Below, piece after piece: positions 37,802-47,560 of a stretch of DNA of 64,000 bases (positions within the stretch are counted from its first letter, which is position 1; each line of letters starts with the position of its first letter). Below the pieces are notes generated by a model, which searched no databases, was not told where the DNA came from, and saw only the letters and a program-made list of their open reading frames with translations. A program made the translations under genes and the position numbers. The DNA comes from a virus. The DNA is taken from positions 9,025 through 73,024 of the IMG/VR virus record IMGVR_UViG_3300024262_000026; one strand, 5' to 3'.

Positions 37802-38950
37802 CTATTTCTTATTAATTTTAAATCCCATTCCTTTTGTAGAATCATCAACATCAGCCAAATCAATTAATTGTTTTCCATTCTTATCATCATAAACTTCTGC
37901 TAAAGTTGCCGCAGTTGTAAATTTTTTATTTGCACCAATATACTTAGACAAATCAGTTGCTTGTATAGGTGTTAATTTTTTAAATTTATAGTTCACCATC
38001 AATCTACCCTTTCTCAAAAGTGCTTCATCAATTATTTTCTTTTCCACATTTAAAGTAGCAATAATTTGCATATCCAAATAATCATTCAATAAACCATCAC
38101 TCATATTTAAAATATTTGTAACTGCTTGATCTCTATCCTCAGTAGTATTTGTTAAGATTGTTTCGGCATCTTCTAAAAGTAAAACAGTATTTTTAAATTT
38201 AGAAACAAAAGAAATCAACTCAGGTTCTGCAATACCATACATCATATAACTTGGTACATATATAATAGTCTTTTCCTCTGATAAATCGTGTATAATTTTA
38301 CGGATATATGTTGTCTTACCAGTACCTGGTGATCCATGAAATAGAAACAAACCTTTTTTATTTTCTGATAATTTTTTAATAATTTCTTTATCTTTATCAA
38401 TAAATTCCTCACCATAATTCATCTTCAAATTAATATCAAGATCCTTAACGGTAGCATTACGAAGTTCATATCCATAATTACCTCTTGAAATAAGGAAAAA
38501 TGATTTGTTTTTTGGTGGATGGTATGTCATTTCTTCAAGTTTTGGTAAAATATCATTATTGACAAAATCAGTCGAATCTGACTGGAAATAAATTAACATT
38601 TCAAATATTTTATCCTCTTGTTCTTCAGGGGTTTCATATAACTCCGAATCAATAACCTTTTTTTCATCATAAAAAATAAACATCACTTTATATGGTTTAT
38701 TTAGAGTTACAACATACTTATAACTTCGCTCTTCCCTACCTTTTATATCCTTTTGTATATCACAATGAACCATCATATTCTCAGGTTTAACATTATATTC
38801 AGTTTTTAAAAAATTCCAAAACTTATCCGATATTATCTGTTGTGATATAGAAAACCTATTTGTAAACTTACCAAATTCTACATAGGCATATACATCCTCT
38901 TGTCTTTCAAATATATCATTTGAAAGTGTCAAATTTATTGTTTTATCCAT
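37802..38950 (-). CDS. AAA+ ATPase (classical clade)
   Basis: HGSPGTGKT, LLLEDAE, ILNMSDGLL, DEALLRKGRL. Confidence 0.88.
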   Translation of the reverse strand: MDKTINLTLSNDIFERQEDVYAYVEFGKFTNRFSISQQIISDKFWNFLKTEYNVKPENMMVHCDIQKDIKGREERSYKYVVTLNKPYKVMFIFYDEKKVIDSELYETPEEQEDKIFEMLIYFQSDSTDFVNNDILPKLEEMTYHPPKNKSFFLISRGNYGYELRNATVKDLDINLKMNYGEEFIDKDKEIIKKLSENKKGLFLFHGSPGTGKTTYIRKIIHDLSEEKTIIYVPSYMMYGIAEPELISFVSKFKNTVLLLEDAETILTNTTEDRDQAVTNILNMSDGLLNDYLDMQIIATLNVEKKIIDEALLRKGRLMVNYKFKKLTPIQATDLSKYIGANKKFTTAATLAEVYDDKNGKQLIDLADVDDSTKGMGFKINKK

Positions 38951-39588
38951 TAATTAATATTTTTTTTGAATCTTTCTTCTATGAAATCATAATTAACCAC
39001 TCGCTTCTCTATATCCGAATACGAATTCATCTGAGTTGTCATCATCGGGTTAACCATCAAACATATATATTTTTCTTGAAAATGTTGTGCAAGATAAACG
39101 TCAAGAATATCATTCATATTTGCTATTCTATTAACACCCTCATATCTTTTAATAAAAGTGTCGTATGATTTTTCATTATACGCCATAGAATGTACAGCAA
39201 ATGAATTTTTCAATAATATAAGATTTGGTTTTATCTTTATTAACTTATTGTGTGTATTGGCACCTAAGTAAAATAGAGTCCAATCTAAATTACCAATTTG
39301 ACTTAATGATTCAGCAAGCACTTCTTGAGGATTATCTACAATAAATTCTACGTCATCCTCAAACACAAGCACATTTTTTAAGCCCTTCTTTTTTGCTAAT
39401 TTTACAATACCAAGATTAGATTTAATAATACCTATCCTACCATCATTATCACGAATTGCTGAAAATCTTTGTACTCTATCTTTAATTCCAGCCTTTTCAA
39501 ATTCTTTTTGTGCATGTTCCCACCTATCAGTTCGTTCATCAAGATTTACACAATACATTTCATCAAAGAAATCAAATGGATTGTTCAT
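38950..39588 (-). CDS. Glycosyltransferase family 25-like
   Basis: YCVNLDERTDRW, RFSAI, VLVFEDDV, YLG, AVHSMAY. Confidence 0.8.
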   Translation of the reverse strand: MNNPFDFFDEMYCVNLDERTDRWEHAQKEFEKAGIKDRVQRFSAIRDNDGRIGIIKSNLGIVKLAKKKGLKNVLVFEDDVEFIVDNPQEVLAESLSQIGNLDWTLFYLGANTHNKLIKIKPNLILLKNSFAVHSMAYNEKSYDTFIKRYEGVNRIANMNDILDVYLAQHFQEKYICLMVNPMMTTQMNSYSDIEKRVVNYDFIEERFKKNIN

Positions 39589-39605
39589 TTTTCTTTATTA
39601 TTTTT

Positions 39606-40661
39606 TCAAAGTAAATGCGGTTTTGCTTCTATCATTCCATTTTGTGTAACTTTAACAAAATCGGAATTTGATCGAAATTCACTCAAATTGTCCGCATTAA
39701 CATAAGACATTGCAGATTTTAAACCTTCATCAATATCATCTATTAACCTTTTAACTTTACCTTTGTATCTTATCAATTTAGAATTTCCTTCAACATTTTT
39801 TTCATCTAAATTATTTTCAACTTTTGCTTCTAATGAAGCCGAACCTCTATATTTCTTAAATAGTTGTTCGTCAGGCCATTGACCTGTTTTTTGAATTTTT
39901 CCAGGTGATTCTTTAGTTCCAGAAAAAATAGATCCAAACATAACGGTATCTGCACCAAGAGCCAAAGCCTTAGCAACATCACCTATCATTCGAACTCCAC
40001 CATCAGCAATTACTGGCACACCATATCCATCACAAATTTTAATACAATCTACTAATGCGGTAACTTGTGGAATTCCAACACCAGTTCTAATTCTAGTTTC
40101 GCACAATGAACCATTACCAATACCGACTCTAACAGCGTCTGCACCCCATTTACATAAATTTTCTGCACCTTCAGTAGTCGCAACATTACCTGCTATCACA
40201 TCTACATCAGGATAAGTTTTCTTAATTCTTTCGATTGCATTTTTCATCAATTTGGTATTCCCATGAGCAACATCAATTAGAATAACATTTACTCCAGCAT
40301 TTACTAATTTACCTAATCTAACAATTGATTCATTTACTCCAATAGCCGCACATATTGGAAAAGAACCAGGTGGTAAATAGTCATTCATCAATTCTCGTTT
40401 CTCAAGTTGAACCATATTAACAGCATCAACCTGTTCCTCTATACTAAGAAACCTATTAATACAACCAACACCACCCAATTGCATCATACGTAGTGCCATT
40501 TCACCGCCAGTAACAGTATCCATTGGAGAAGAAACGTAGGGTTTGTTAATAGTGAACCTTTTTGTTAATTTTGTAGTTATATCACAATCTGATCTATGTT
40601 CAACATCAGAATATTTTGGAATTATTTGTATATCATCATAAGTTAATGCTTCTCTAAACAT
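39606..40661 (-). CDS. guaB: IMP dehydrogenase/GMP reductase family (no CBS domain)
   Basis: LTYDD, SSPMDTVT, IDVAHG, AGNVAT, GIGNGSLCETR, IADGG, YRGSAS, EG. Confidence 0.88.
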   Translation of the reverse strand: MFREALTYDDIQIIPKYSDVEHRSDCDITTKLTKRFTINKPYVSSPMDTVTGGEMALRMMQLGGVGCINRFLSIEEQVDAVNMVQLEKRELMNDYLPPGSFPICAAIGVNESIVRLGKLVNAGVNVILIDVAHGNTKLMKNAIERIKKTYPDVDVIAGNVATTEGAENLCKWGADAVRVGIGNGSLCETRIRTGVGIPQVTALVDCIKICDGYGVPVIADGGVRMIGDVAKALALGADTVMFGSIFSGTKESPGKIQKTGQWPDEQLFKKYRGSASLEAKVENNLDEKNVEGNSKLIRYKGKVKRLIDDIDEGLKSAMSYVNADNLSEFRSNSDFVKVTQNGMIEAKPHLL

Positions 40662-40716
40662 ATTTCTATTTTTATTTACTTCTTTTATAAGAAAATTCTT
40701 ATTTAGTTTTAATTTT

Positions 40717-40726
40717 TAATATATAA
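40717..40726 (+). promoter_or_regulatory. Putative late promoter
   Basis: TAATATATAA 7 nt before the 40734 ATG. Confidence 0.5.
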
Positions 40727-40733
40727 GTGTACT

Positions 40734-41327
40734 ATGAAGTTAATGAAGTATAAAGAGTTTTTAAATGAAAACATATCTACAGGTATTGCACAATTATTAC
40801 AAAGTGTGGATGCAGAACAGGTCGAGTTTTACTACACACTTGGCATTAATAAAGACAAATTTATTGAAAAAGATATTGAATTTATCTATAATGATAGTGA
40901 TTTTAATAAGGCACTATATAGTAAAAAACTCAAAAAGAGTGAATTAGCATCCACATTAGATATGGAAAATTTCTTAAAGAAACAATATAATATAAAATAT
41001 TTTTTGTTGATTGATAGAGATATACCAAAAATTGACACACCAAAATATATAATACTTCAATACTCTAAGAAAAATCTTGGTTGGAGTGATGTATATATGT
41101 ATAAAGTTAATGGTAATATTAGAAACTTTTTTGAAAAAATGACATCAAGAACTATCGAAATTGATGATGATGGAGTAAAATATGTATATCAAACATCAAA
41201 CTCTGGTAATAATTGGATATTACAAAACATCGAAGATAAGACAGACGAATTTAAAGAAACATTAGAAAAAGATGAATTGCGTGATATTTTAAAACAAAAA
41301 AACTTAGAATTGAACATAATAGAGTAA
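40734..41327 (+). CDS. Hypothetical protein with CTS-like N-terminus (putative internal virion protein)
   Basis: Starts MKLMKYKEFLNE. Confidence 0.7.
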   Translation: MKLMKYKEFLNENISTGIAQLLQSVDAEQVEFYYTLGINKDKFIEKDIEFIYNDSDFNKALYSKKLKKSELASTLDMENFLKKQYNIKYFLLIDRDIPKIDTPKYIILQYSKKNLGWSDVYMYKVNGNIRNFFEKMTSRTIEIDDDGVKYVYQTSNSGNNWILQNIEDKTDEFKETLEKDELRDILKQKNLELNIIE

Positions 41328-41375
41328 AAAATGAAAAAATATATTAATATATACAAAAAAAGAATTTAAATAGAG

Positions 41376-41798
41376 ATGGATAAATTAAATAACTTAATAT
41401 CGTTCAAAGATTTTGGTAAATTTGACATGAAAGTTGAAAATCAACCTGGTAAAAAAGTAGTTGAAAAACTAAATAACATTAAATCATTCGATACATTAGT
41501 AGATGAAGGTTTTTTCACAGATACCGAATTAGGAAATAAGATAAGAAAAGGTGCTGGTTTTAAAAACAAAGGAGAAAAATTTGAAGAAGCTAAACAAGCC
41601 ATCCTAAGTCACCCTATTAGAAGAAAAGCGTATGAAACGTTCCAAAAAGAAGATCCAAATAAAGCTGAAAAGTATGTTGAATTTTTTGTAAAAAATCCAC
41701 AAGGTCACCCAAAATGGACTAATGGTGAGTGGATTGATACTGCTCGTTATTCACACGAATTACTCGCAGATGTTGGATCACCTAAAAGTGGATATTAA
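41376..41798 (+). CDS. Hypothetical protein (putative virion protein)
   Basis: Duplicated leader KLNNLISFKDF / KLNNIKSFDTL; TAATATATAC at 41345. Confidence 0.7.
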   Translation: MDKLNNLISFKDFGKFDMKVENQPGKKVVEKLNNIKSFDTLVDEGFFTDTELGNKIRKGAGFKNKGEKFEEAKQAILSHPIRRKAYETFQKEDPNKAEKYVEFFVKNPQGHPKWTNGEWIDTARYSHELLADVGSPKSGY

Positions 41799-41818
41799 TC
41801 CTGAATACCTTTATATAC

Positions 41819-41853
41819 AAAAAACTCTACCTTTTTAAGATAGAGTTTTTTTT
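41819..41853. terminator. Bidirectional intrinsic terminator
   Basis: AAAAAACTCTA...TAGAGTTTTTTTT. Confidence 0.75.
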
Positions 41854-42239
41854 TATCTAAACATTTTTTGTGAAACTCCACTTCTCACATCATCAAATAT
41901 AATTCTTGTGAGTTTCTGTATTTGAATTTTACTTCTTAATCTATTTGCGACTATTAAAATACTACCAGTAAGTAGTAAAGATATCACAAATAACCAAATC
42001 ATATTGTGTTGTAGGAAAAATACACCAGAAAAAAGTAAAATTGTGGCAACGAGGAAAGAAATCTTCATTTTAATTGATAATCTATCAATAATAAAATCTG
42101 TTTCAGCATTAAGTGCATCACACTGTTCAATTTCATTCATAGATTCAAGATACTTAATTTCTTCTTCAGAACATTTATGTTTCTTTAAACCAAGTTTCTC
42201 TAATCTTGAATAAAACTTTGATACTACCATACTCTTCAT
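41853..42239 (-). CDS. Two-TM membrane protein
   Basis: Two hydrophobic helices; TATCTTTG promoter at 42282-42289 (-). Confidence 0.7.
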   Translation of the reverse strand: MKSMVVSKFYSRLEKLGLKKHKCSEEEIKYLESMNEIEQCDALNAETDFIIDRLSIKMKISFLVATILLFSGVFFLQHNMIWLFVISLLLTGSILIVANRLRSKIQIQKLTRIIFDDVRSGVSQKMFR

Positions 42240-42281
42240 TTTTTAGATTTTATTTATATTATATATATTTCAAATGTAATG

Positions 42282-42289
42282 CAAAGATA
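42282..42289 (-). promoter_or_regulatory. Bacteroidota-type -7 promoter element
   Basis: Reverse complement TATCTTTG. Confidence 0.6.
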
Positions 42290-42365
42290 AACTTTTTTTT
42301 TGGAAATAAAAAAGTTATGTGTGTATTTTTATATATAAGATATAAATTAAAAATAGTAATATAAA

Positions 42366-43052
42366 ATGACAATCAAGAAATTTAATGAATATATTAATGA
42401 GAATAATAACACAAATTACTATCAAATAATTGATTATACTAATTTAGATACTCTCTCAAATGATGATATTAAAAAAATGTGTTCTGTTGCTGAAGAAAAA
42501 AAAGTATATTCTGTTTGTGTATTACCAGAATATGTTAGTCTTGTATCATCATTTCTTGAAAATTATGATATTAAAGTTGTTGCTACAATAGACTTTCCAA
42601 AAGGTAGTAGTTCATCCACAGAAAAGATAAAAGAAATTGATAAAGCACTTGTGAATGGTGCAGATGAAGTTGATGTTGTATTAAATTATAAACTTATAAA
42701 AGAAAAGGAATTTGAAACTATTGAAGATGAAATTAGAAGTATTTCAGAATATGTACATAAAGAAGGAAAAATTGTTAAAATTATCATTGAAATAGGTGCA
42801 TTAAGTTTTCAAGAAATAGAACAAGTTAGTGAAATATGTGTTGATGCTAATGTTGATTTTATAATGACATCCACAGGAAAATTACCAAATGATGGTGACT
42901 TTGATGATAAAGTTAAAAAAGTTAAATTTATAAGAAAAATTACTCCTGACGACACTAAGATAAAATTTAGTGGAGGAATAAGAACTAACGCACAAATTGC
43001 ACAAGTTGCACAATATTGTGATAGAATAGGAACAAGTATTATACCCGTCTAA
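42366..43052 (+). CDS. deoC: Deoxyribose-phosphate aldolase-like protein (Schiff-base Lys replaced by Met) with CTS-like leader
   Basis: IDYTNL, SVCV.P, DFPKG, GADEVDVV, VKIIIE, DFIMTSTG, IKFSGGIR, RIGTS. Confidence 0.85.
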   Translation: MTIKKFNEYINENNNTNYYQIIDYTNLDTLSNDDIKKMCSVAEEKKVYSVCVLPEYVSLVSSFLENYDIKVVATIDFPKGSSSSTEKIKEIDKALVNGADEVDVVLNYKLIKEKEFETIEDEIRSISEYVHKEGKIVKIIIEIGALSFQEIEQVSEICVDANVDFIMTSTGKLPNDGDFDDKVKKVKFIRKITPDDTKIKFSGGIRTNAQIAQVAQYCDRIGTSIIPV

Positions 43053-43053
43053 T

Positions 43054-43884
43054 TTATAAAGATTTTAACATTGCAATAAGATGAGGTTGAGGTGACACAT
43101 CATATTTATCAGTTCTAATATTACCATGAGACCAGATACCTGGATAACCATTTAATGTTAATGGATTATATTCAAATGCCGATTTACCAATCGATTGTAC
43201 AGCCCAAGCAGTATTATTTCCCCAAACGCCATCTTCTCCTAATGGTTTACCATTTCTACCAACAAATCCATATCTATTCAACCATTTTTGTTGTTCCATA
43301 ATAGATATTCCAGTAGGCATAACTAAAGATTCTTTTTCAATCCATTCTCTTAACCCCATTCTAAGATTAATATTGAATTTTGATGATAAATAAAGCAATA
43401 ATTCTCTAACCGACTCCACTTGTTTATCGGTATACTTATGATAATATTTGAAACCTCTAAATTGATTAGGTAATTCAATAACATCAGATTCAGGTACTAT
43501 AGTGTTTACATAATTATAAAATGAGCCATCTCTACCTTTTGTTAAAGGACCATAATTACATATTTCAATACCTATCGATATTTTATCAAATGTACCTTTT
43601 GTACCTTTGGCACCTAAATGCCATGCCCATTTACTTTCAGGAAAACATCTAACAATCACACCATCCCATTCACTTTCACCATTTCTTGTACTTCTACCAC
43701 CAACTATAAAAGATGTTGCAATTCGTCTAATTGAGCCATCAGAATTTGAATCTTTATCCCACATACCAACAACCCAATCTGGTCGATGTCCACCTGCAGT
43801 ATGGTGTAAATATATTATAGTTTTATTGAATTCGGTGTGATAATACTCGTCCGAATTTAAGAAAATATCTTTAATGTCTAACAT
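43054..43884 (-). CDS. N-acetylmuramoyl-L-alanine amidase (Amidase_2) with inserted PG-binding segment
   Basis: IYLHHTAG, AWHLG, SIGIEICN, EDGVWGNNT, SHGNIRTDKYDVSP. Confidence 0.85.
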   Translation of the reverse strand: MLDIKDIFLNSDEYYHTEFNKTIIYLHHTAGGHRPDWVVGMWDKDSNSDGSIRRIATSFIVGGRSTRNGESEWDGVIVRCFPESKWAWHLGAKGTKGTFDKISIGIEICNYGPLTKGRDGSFYNYVNTIVPESDVIELPNQFRGFKYYHKYTDKQVESVRELLLYLSSKFNINLRMGLREWIEKESLVMPTGISIMEQQKWLNRYGFVGRNGKPLGEDGVWGNNTAWAVQSIGKSAFEYNPLTLNGYPGIWSHGNIRTDKYDVSPQPHLIAMLKSL

Positions 43885-43893
43885 AATATTTTA

Positions 43894-45183
43894 TTATTTT
43901 TCTTTCGTGTCATTTGTGTTACTATATAATGTTTCTTTTTGTTTTTTTATCTCAGATTTTTCTTCTAAATCCAATTCACTTTCAACATCATACAATTTAG
44001 TTAATTCAATATCTCTTTTATTGTAATGTTCAGTTTCAAAAATAGAACCCAAGTTAGTTTCTCTCCTAACACTATTTTCCATTTTATAAACTTCACCTAA
44101 ATTGATATCTTTTTTTAATTTACTATCAACATTATAAACACTACCTTCAGCCAATTTAGGTTTATTTTCAGGATCATTATTATAAAGGATTTTATCTGTT
44201 ATTGTATTTAAATTCTCTTTATCATTATCATATAATGAGGGATTATTTAAAGTAGGTTTCTTATAATCTATGATGTTATCATAAACAAAATCATTAACAG
44301 TTAAGGTTTTATTGCTTTCTTTATTTTCAAATAACTGCTCTCCATTTAATAATTTATCTTCATCTTTATTCTCAAATAGTTGTTCTCCATTTAATAATTT
44401 ATCTTCATCTTTATTCTCAAATAGTTGTTCTCCATTTAATAATTTATCTTCATCTTTATTCTCAAATAGTTGTTCTCCATTTAATAATTTATCTTCATCT
44501 TTATTCTCAAATAGTTGTTCTCCATTTAATAATTTATCTTTGTCAACATTTTCGAATAAGACTCCTTCCATTTTTCGGTCATAATCAATATTTTCATAAA
44601 TAATTTCACCATCTAATAATTTATCTTCATCTTTATTCTCAAATAGTTGTTCTCCATTTAAAAGGTGCTCATTATCTTCATTCACATAAACAATTTCACC
44701 ATCTAATAATTTATCTTCATCATTATTTTCAAATAGTTGCTCTCCATTTAAAAGGTGCTCATTATCTTCATTCACAAAGACAAACTCACCATCTAATGTA
44801 TTATTAACACCAACACCATCAAATAATGTCTCACCATCTAATGTATTATTAACACCAACACCATCAAACAATGTCTCACCATCTAATGTATTATTAACAC
44901 CAACACCATTAAATAATGTTTCATCGTTTAATGTATTATTATCTACAACATTATTATTATATAAAGGTGTTCCAATTGGATATGATTTTCGGTTTCTTTC
45001 TGTAGTATCAATCTGATCAATATATTCCATTCCTGGGATATTTGGTTCATAATCTTCAACTTGAATAGTATTATTATCTACAACATTATTATCATATAAT
45101 TGTGCACCTCCAGGAGTTTTATTCAAATCTCTTCCGTGATTATTAGGAACAATTTTATCTATTACTGGATCCACTCCACCCAT
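43894..45183 (-). CDS. Acidic 15-aa repeat protein
   Basis: LLNGEQLFENKDEDK and NNTLDGETLFDGVGV repeats. Confidence 0.75.
   Translation of the reverse strand: MGGVDPVIDKIVPNNHGRDLNKTPGGAQLYDNNVVDNNTIQVEDYEPNIPGMEYIDQIDTTERNRKSYPIGTPLYNNNVVDNNTLNDETLFNGVGVNNTLDGETLFDGVGVNNTLDGETLFDGVGVNNTLDGEFVFVNEDNEHLLNGEQLFENNDEDKLLDGEIVYVNEDNEHLLNGEQLFENKDEDKLLDGEIIYENIDYDRKMEGVLFENVDKDKLLNGEQLFENKDEDKLLNGEQLFENKDEDKLLNGEQLFENKDEDKLLNGEQLFENKDEDKLLNGEQLFENKESNKTLTVNDFVYDNIIDYKKPTLNNPSLYDNDKENLNTITDKILYNNDPENKPKLAEGSVYNVDSKLKKDINLGEVYKMENSVRRETNLGSIFETEHYNKRDIELTKLYDVESELDLEEKSEIKKQKETLYSNTNDTKEK
44320..44945 (-). repeat. 45-bp coding tandem repeat
   Basis: TCCATTTAAT recurs at 44341, 44386, 44431, 44476 and 44521; diverged copies continue to about 44945. 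Confidence 0.9.
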
Positions 45184-45629
45184 TATTTCTTATTTCTTTT
45201 TTTAATCATCTCTTGAATATATTGATCCTTAGGTAAACTAATATCAGGGGCACTCTTCATACGTTGAGTTTCTTCCTCACCTATATAAATACCTTCAACT
45301 TCTTCAATTTCTTTAATTATATTTGCAAGATGCTCATCAATAGTTAATTTTTCCTCATTTTTATCATATAGTATTGTGTAAAGTTTCTCATCATTAAATA
45401 TAAAATATTCTCTTTCAGATAGTGTAAAGTCCTGATAAAAAGACAATTTACCAATATTACCATATTTTAATATTTGCTTACCAAACATTGAAAAATATTT
45501 TATAATAAATGGATCCTTTATTGAAAATGCCTCAGTTTTTTGATCAAACATACTATCGCCAAGATCCAATTCAAATATATCTAACATTTTTACTTTATTT
45601 AATACAACACCATTTGCAATTACTTTCAT
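45183..45629 (-). CDS. Hypothetical protein
   Basis: 148-aa ORF, translationally coupled. Confidence 0.7.
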   Translation of the reverse strand: MKVIANGVVLNKVKMLDIFELDLGDSMFDQKTEAFSIKDPFIIKYFSMFGKQILKYGNIGKLSFYQDFTLSEREYFIFNDEKLYTILYDKNEEKLTIDEHLANIIKEIEEVEGIYIGEEETQRMKSAPDISLPKDQYIQEMIKKRNKK

Positions 45630-46078
45630 ACATCATGAATATTATCTTTTAAATCAACATCCTCTTGTTCTTCTTCATCAGATTTATCCAGTTCTGATAT
45701 TTTATCAATAATAAAATCTTCTTTTACATCTTCAACATCAATTTCTTCGACTAATTCTCGTTCTAATTGTTGCGTTTCATTATCTGTATATTTCTTAATT
45801 TTCAAATGCACTTTATCAATCTCATTATCGTCTGTAAATTCATCTACTCTAACGATAAACATAATTTGAAAATAATTCTCTGGTGATAAAAATTCAACCA
45901 TTTGATATTTTTGCATAGGGTTCATTATTTCGTTATTAGTTATTTGAACTAACTGACAACCTGAAGCACCAAGAGAGCCTCCATCAAACCACTTTTTTAC
46001 TTGTACTTCTAGTTCCTTAAAGAACACAGATATAATATAATCGGCTGATTCTACATATTCTTCAAATATTTTCTTCAT
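45626..46078 (-). CDS. Hypothetical protein with CTS-like N-terminus
   Basis: Likely start MKKIFEEYVES at 46078, downstream of TTATATATAG (46099-46108, -). Confidence 0.65.
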   Translation of the reverse strand: MKKIFEEYVESADYIISVFFKELEVQVKKWFDGGSLGASGCQLVQITNNEIMNPMQKYQMVEFLSPENYFQIMFIVRVDEFTDDNEIDKVHLKIKKYTDNETQQLERELVEEIDVEDVKEDFIIDKISELDKSDEEEQEDVDLKDNIHDV

Positions 46079-46140
46079 CAAATTGAGATTCTTTTTAACT
46101 ATATATAAAAAATTACTTTTCAATCCGAATATATAAGTGT

Positions 46141-46392
46141 ATGATAACTAATTTTAAATTATTTATAGAGAGCGTTGAAGTAACACCTAACAACACTTCT
46201 GGTTCGGCTGGTGATACATCATCAACAAGAGATCAAGGTGGTTACCTAGTGTCTGGAAATGATGGAAATCCTGGTATTCAATTTACACCAAAAGGTGTTG
46301 ACGACATAAGCAAGTCTTATAAGGATAAAAAACGAAAATATAAAAGATATTTTAGGAAAAATAAAAAATATAAAGATGAAAAACATAAATAG
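46141..46392 (+). CDS. Small protein: CTS-like leader, S/G/T-rich middle, basic tail
   Basis: MITNFKLFIES...KKRKYKRYFRKNKK. Confidence 0.65.
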   Translation: MITNFKLFIESVEVTPNNTSGSAGDTSSTRDQGGYLVSGNDGNPGIQFTPKGVDDISKSYKDKKRKYKRYFRKNKKYKDEKHK

Positions 46393-47257
46393 ATTTATTC
46401 AAAAATCTAACGAATTATTTAAATATAAATATGATTATTCACTAGTTGAATATAAAAATAATAAAATAAAAGTTAAAATAATTTGTCCAATACATGGTAT
46501 ATTTGAAAAATCACCAAATAAACACTTATTAGGTCAAGGTTGCCAAAAATGTGCATTAGAAAATTCATCAAAAAAACAAAGATCAAATAATAAAGAATTT
46601 ATTAAAAAATCACTAAATATACACAACAATAAATATAACTACTCACTAGTTAATTATAAAAACAGTAAAACAAAAGTTAAAATAATTTGTCCAGAACATG
46701 GTATATTTGAACAAACACCAACAAAACATTTAAAAGGTTGTGGTTGTCCTAATTGTGCTAACAACGTAAAATTGTCTAATAGTGAATTTATAAAAAGATC
46801 AAATAAAATACATAATGGTAAATATGATTATTCATTAGTTCAATATGAAAATAATAGAACAAAAGTTAAAATAATTTGTCCAGAGCATGGAACATTTAAG
46901 CAAATACCAACAAACCATTTAAGAGGTAAAGGTTGTAATAAATGTAAAATAAATTCTATAGGAGAAGAAACTATAAAAAATATATTAAAAGATAAAAATA
47001 TAAATTTCATACATCAAAAAACTTTTGACGATTGTAAAAATAAATTGAAATTACCATTTGATTTTTATATTTATGATTTAAATATGTGTATAGAATATGA
47101 TGGTAGGCAACATTTTAACATAAACACTAAATTTTATTCAGAAGATATTAAAATTAATGATAATATTAAAAATAAATATTGTAAATTAAACAATATTAAA
47201 TTATTAAGAATAAAATTTGATGAAAATATTAAAGAAAAACTAATACAACATTTATGA
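46376..47257 (+). CDS. Putative homing endonuclease: three Zn-ribbon repeats + PD-(D/E)XK/Vsr-like domain
   Basis: KYDYSLV.Y....KVKIICP.HG.F...P..HL.G.GC..C x3; LPFDFY...CIEYDGRQH...D..KN.YC...IKLLRI. Confidence 0.8.
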   Translation: MKNINRFIQKSNELFKYKYDYSLVEYKNNKIKVKIICPIHGIFEKSPNKHLLGQGCQKCALENSSKKQRSNNKEFIKKSLNIHNNKYNYSLVNYKNSKTKVKIICPEHGIFEQTPTKHLKGCGCPNCANNVKLSNSEFIKRSNKIHNGKYDYSLVQYENNRTKVKIICPEHGTFKQIPTNHLRGKGCNKCKINSIGEETIKNILKDKNINFIHQKTFDDCKNKLKLPFDFYIYDLNMCIEYDGRQHFNINTKFYSEDIKINDNIKNKYCKLNNIKLLRIKFDENIKEKLIQHL

Positions 47258-47559
47258 TAAAAAATTTTAAATTATTTATAGAAGATGCCACAGCAACAAT
47301 GGGCAATATGAACGGAATGGGTAACGTCACTTCTGCAATTCCAAGTGAAACTCCAGGTTCAGTTTCAGATTCTATACCAGGTTCTGGTGATATTGGACAA
47401 ATATTAGGAACACACACCAAAAAATCAACTTTAGATTTAAGAAAGAAAAAGAAAAAGAAAAAAGATTTAAAGAAAAAAGAAAACTTTTCTCACGAACAAG
47501 ATAAAACATATGACCAAATGTATGTGGTTAGATTTGGTGACTATAAATATACTAAATAA
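47254..47559 (+). CDS. Small protein similar to 46141 ORF (CTS-like leader, basic tail)
   Basis: MIKNFKLFIED...GSGD...RKKKKKKK. Confidence 0.65.
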   Translation: MIKNFKLFIEDATATMGNMNGMGNVTSAIPSETPGSVSDSIPGSGDIGQILGTHTKKSTLDLRKKKKKKKDLKKKENFSHEQDKTYDQMYVVRFGDYKYTK

Positions 47560-47560
47560 T

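Noticed and set aside
44320-44945. Regular 45-bp repeats resembling a CRISPR array
   Set aside because: Head-to-tail with no unique spacers, in frame within a 429-aa ORF, and no cas genes
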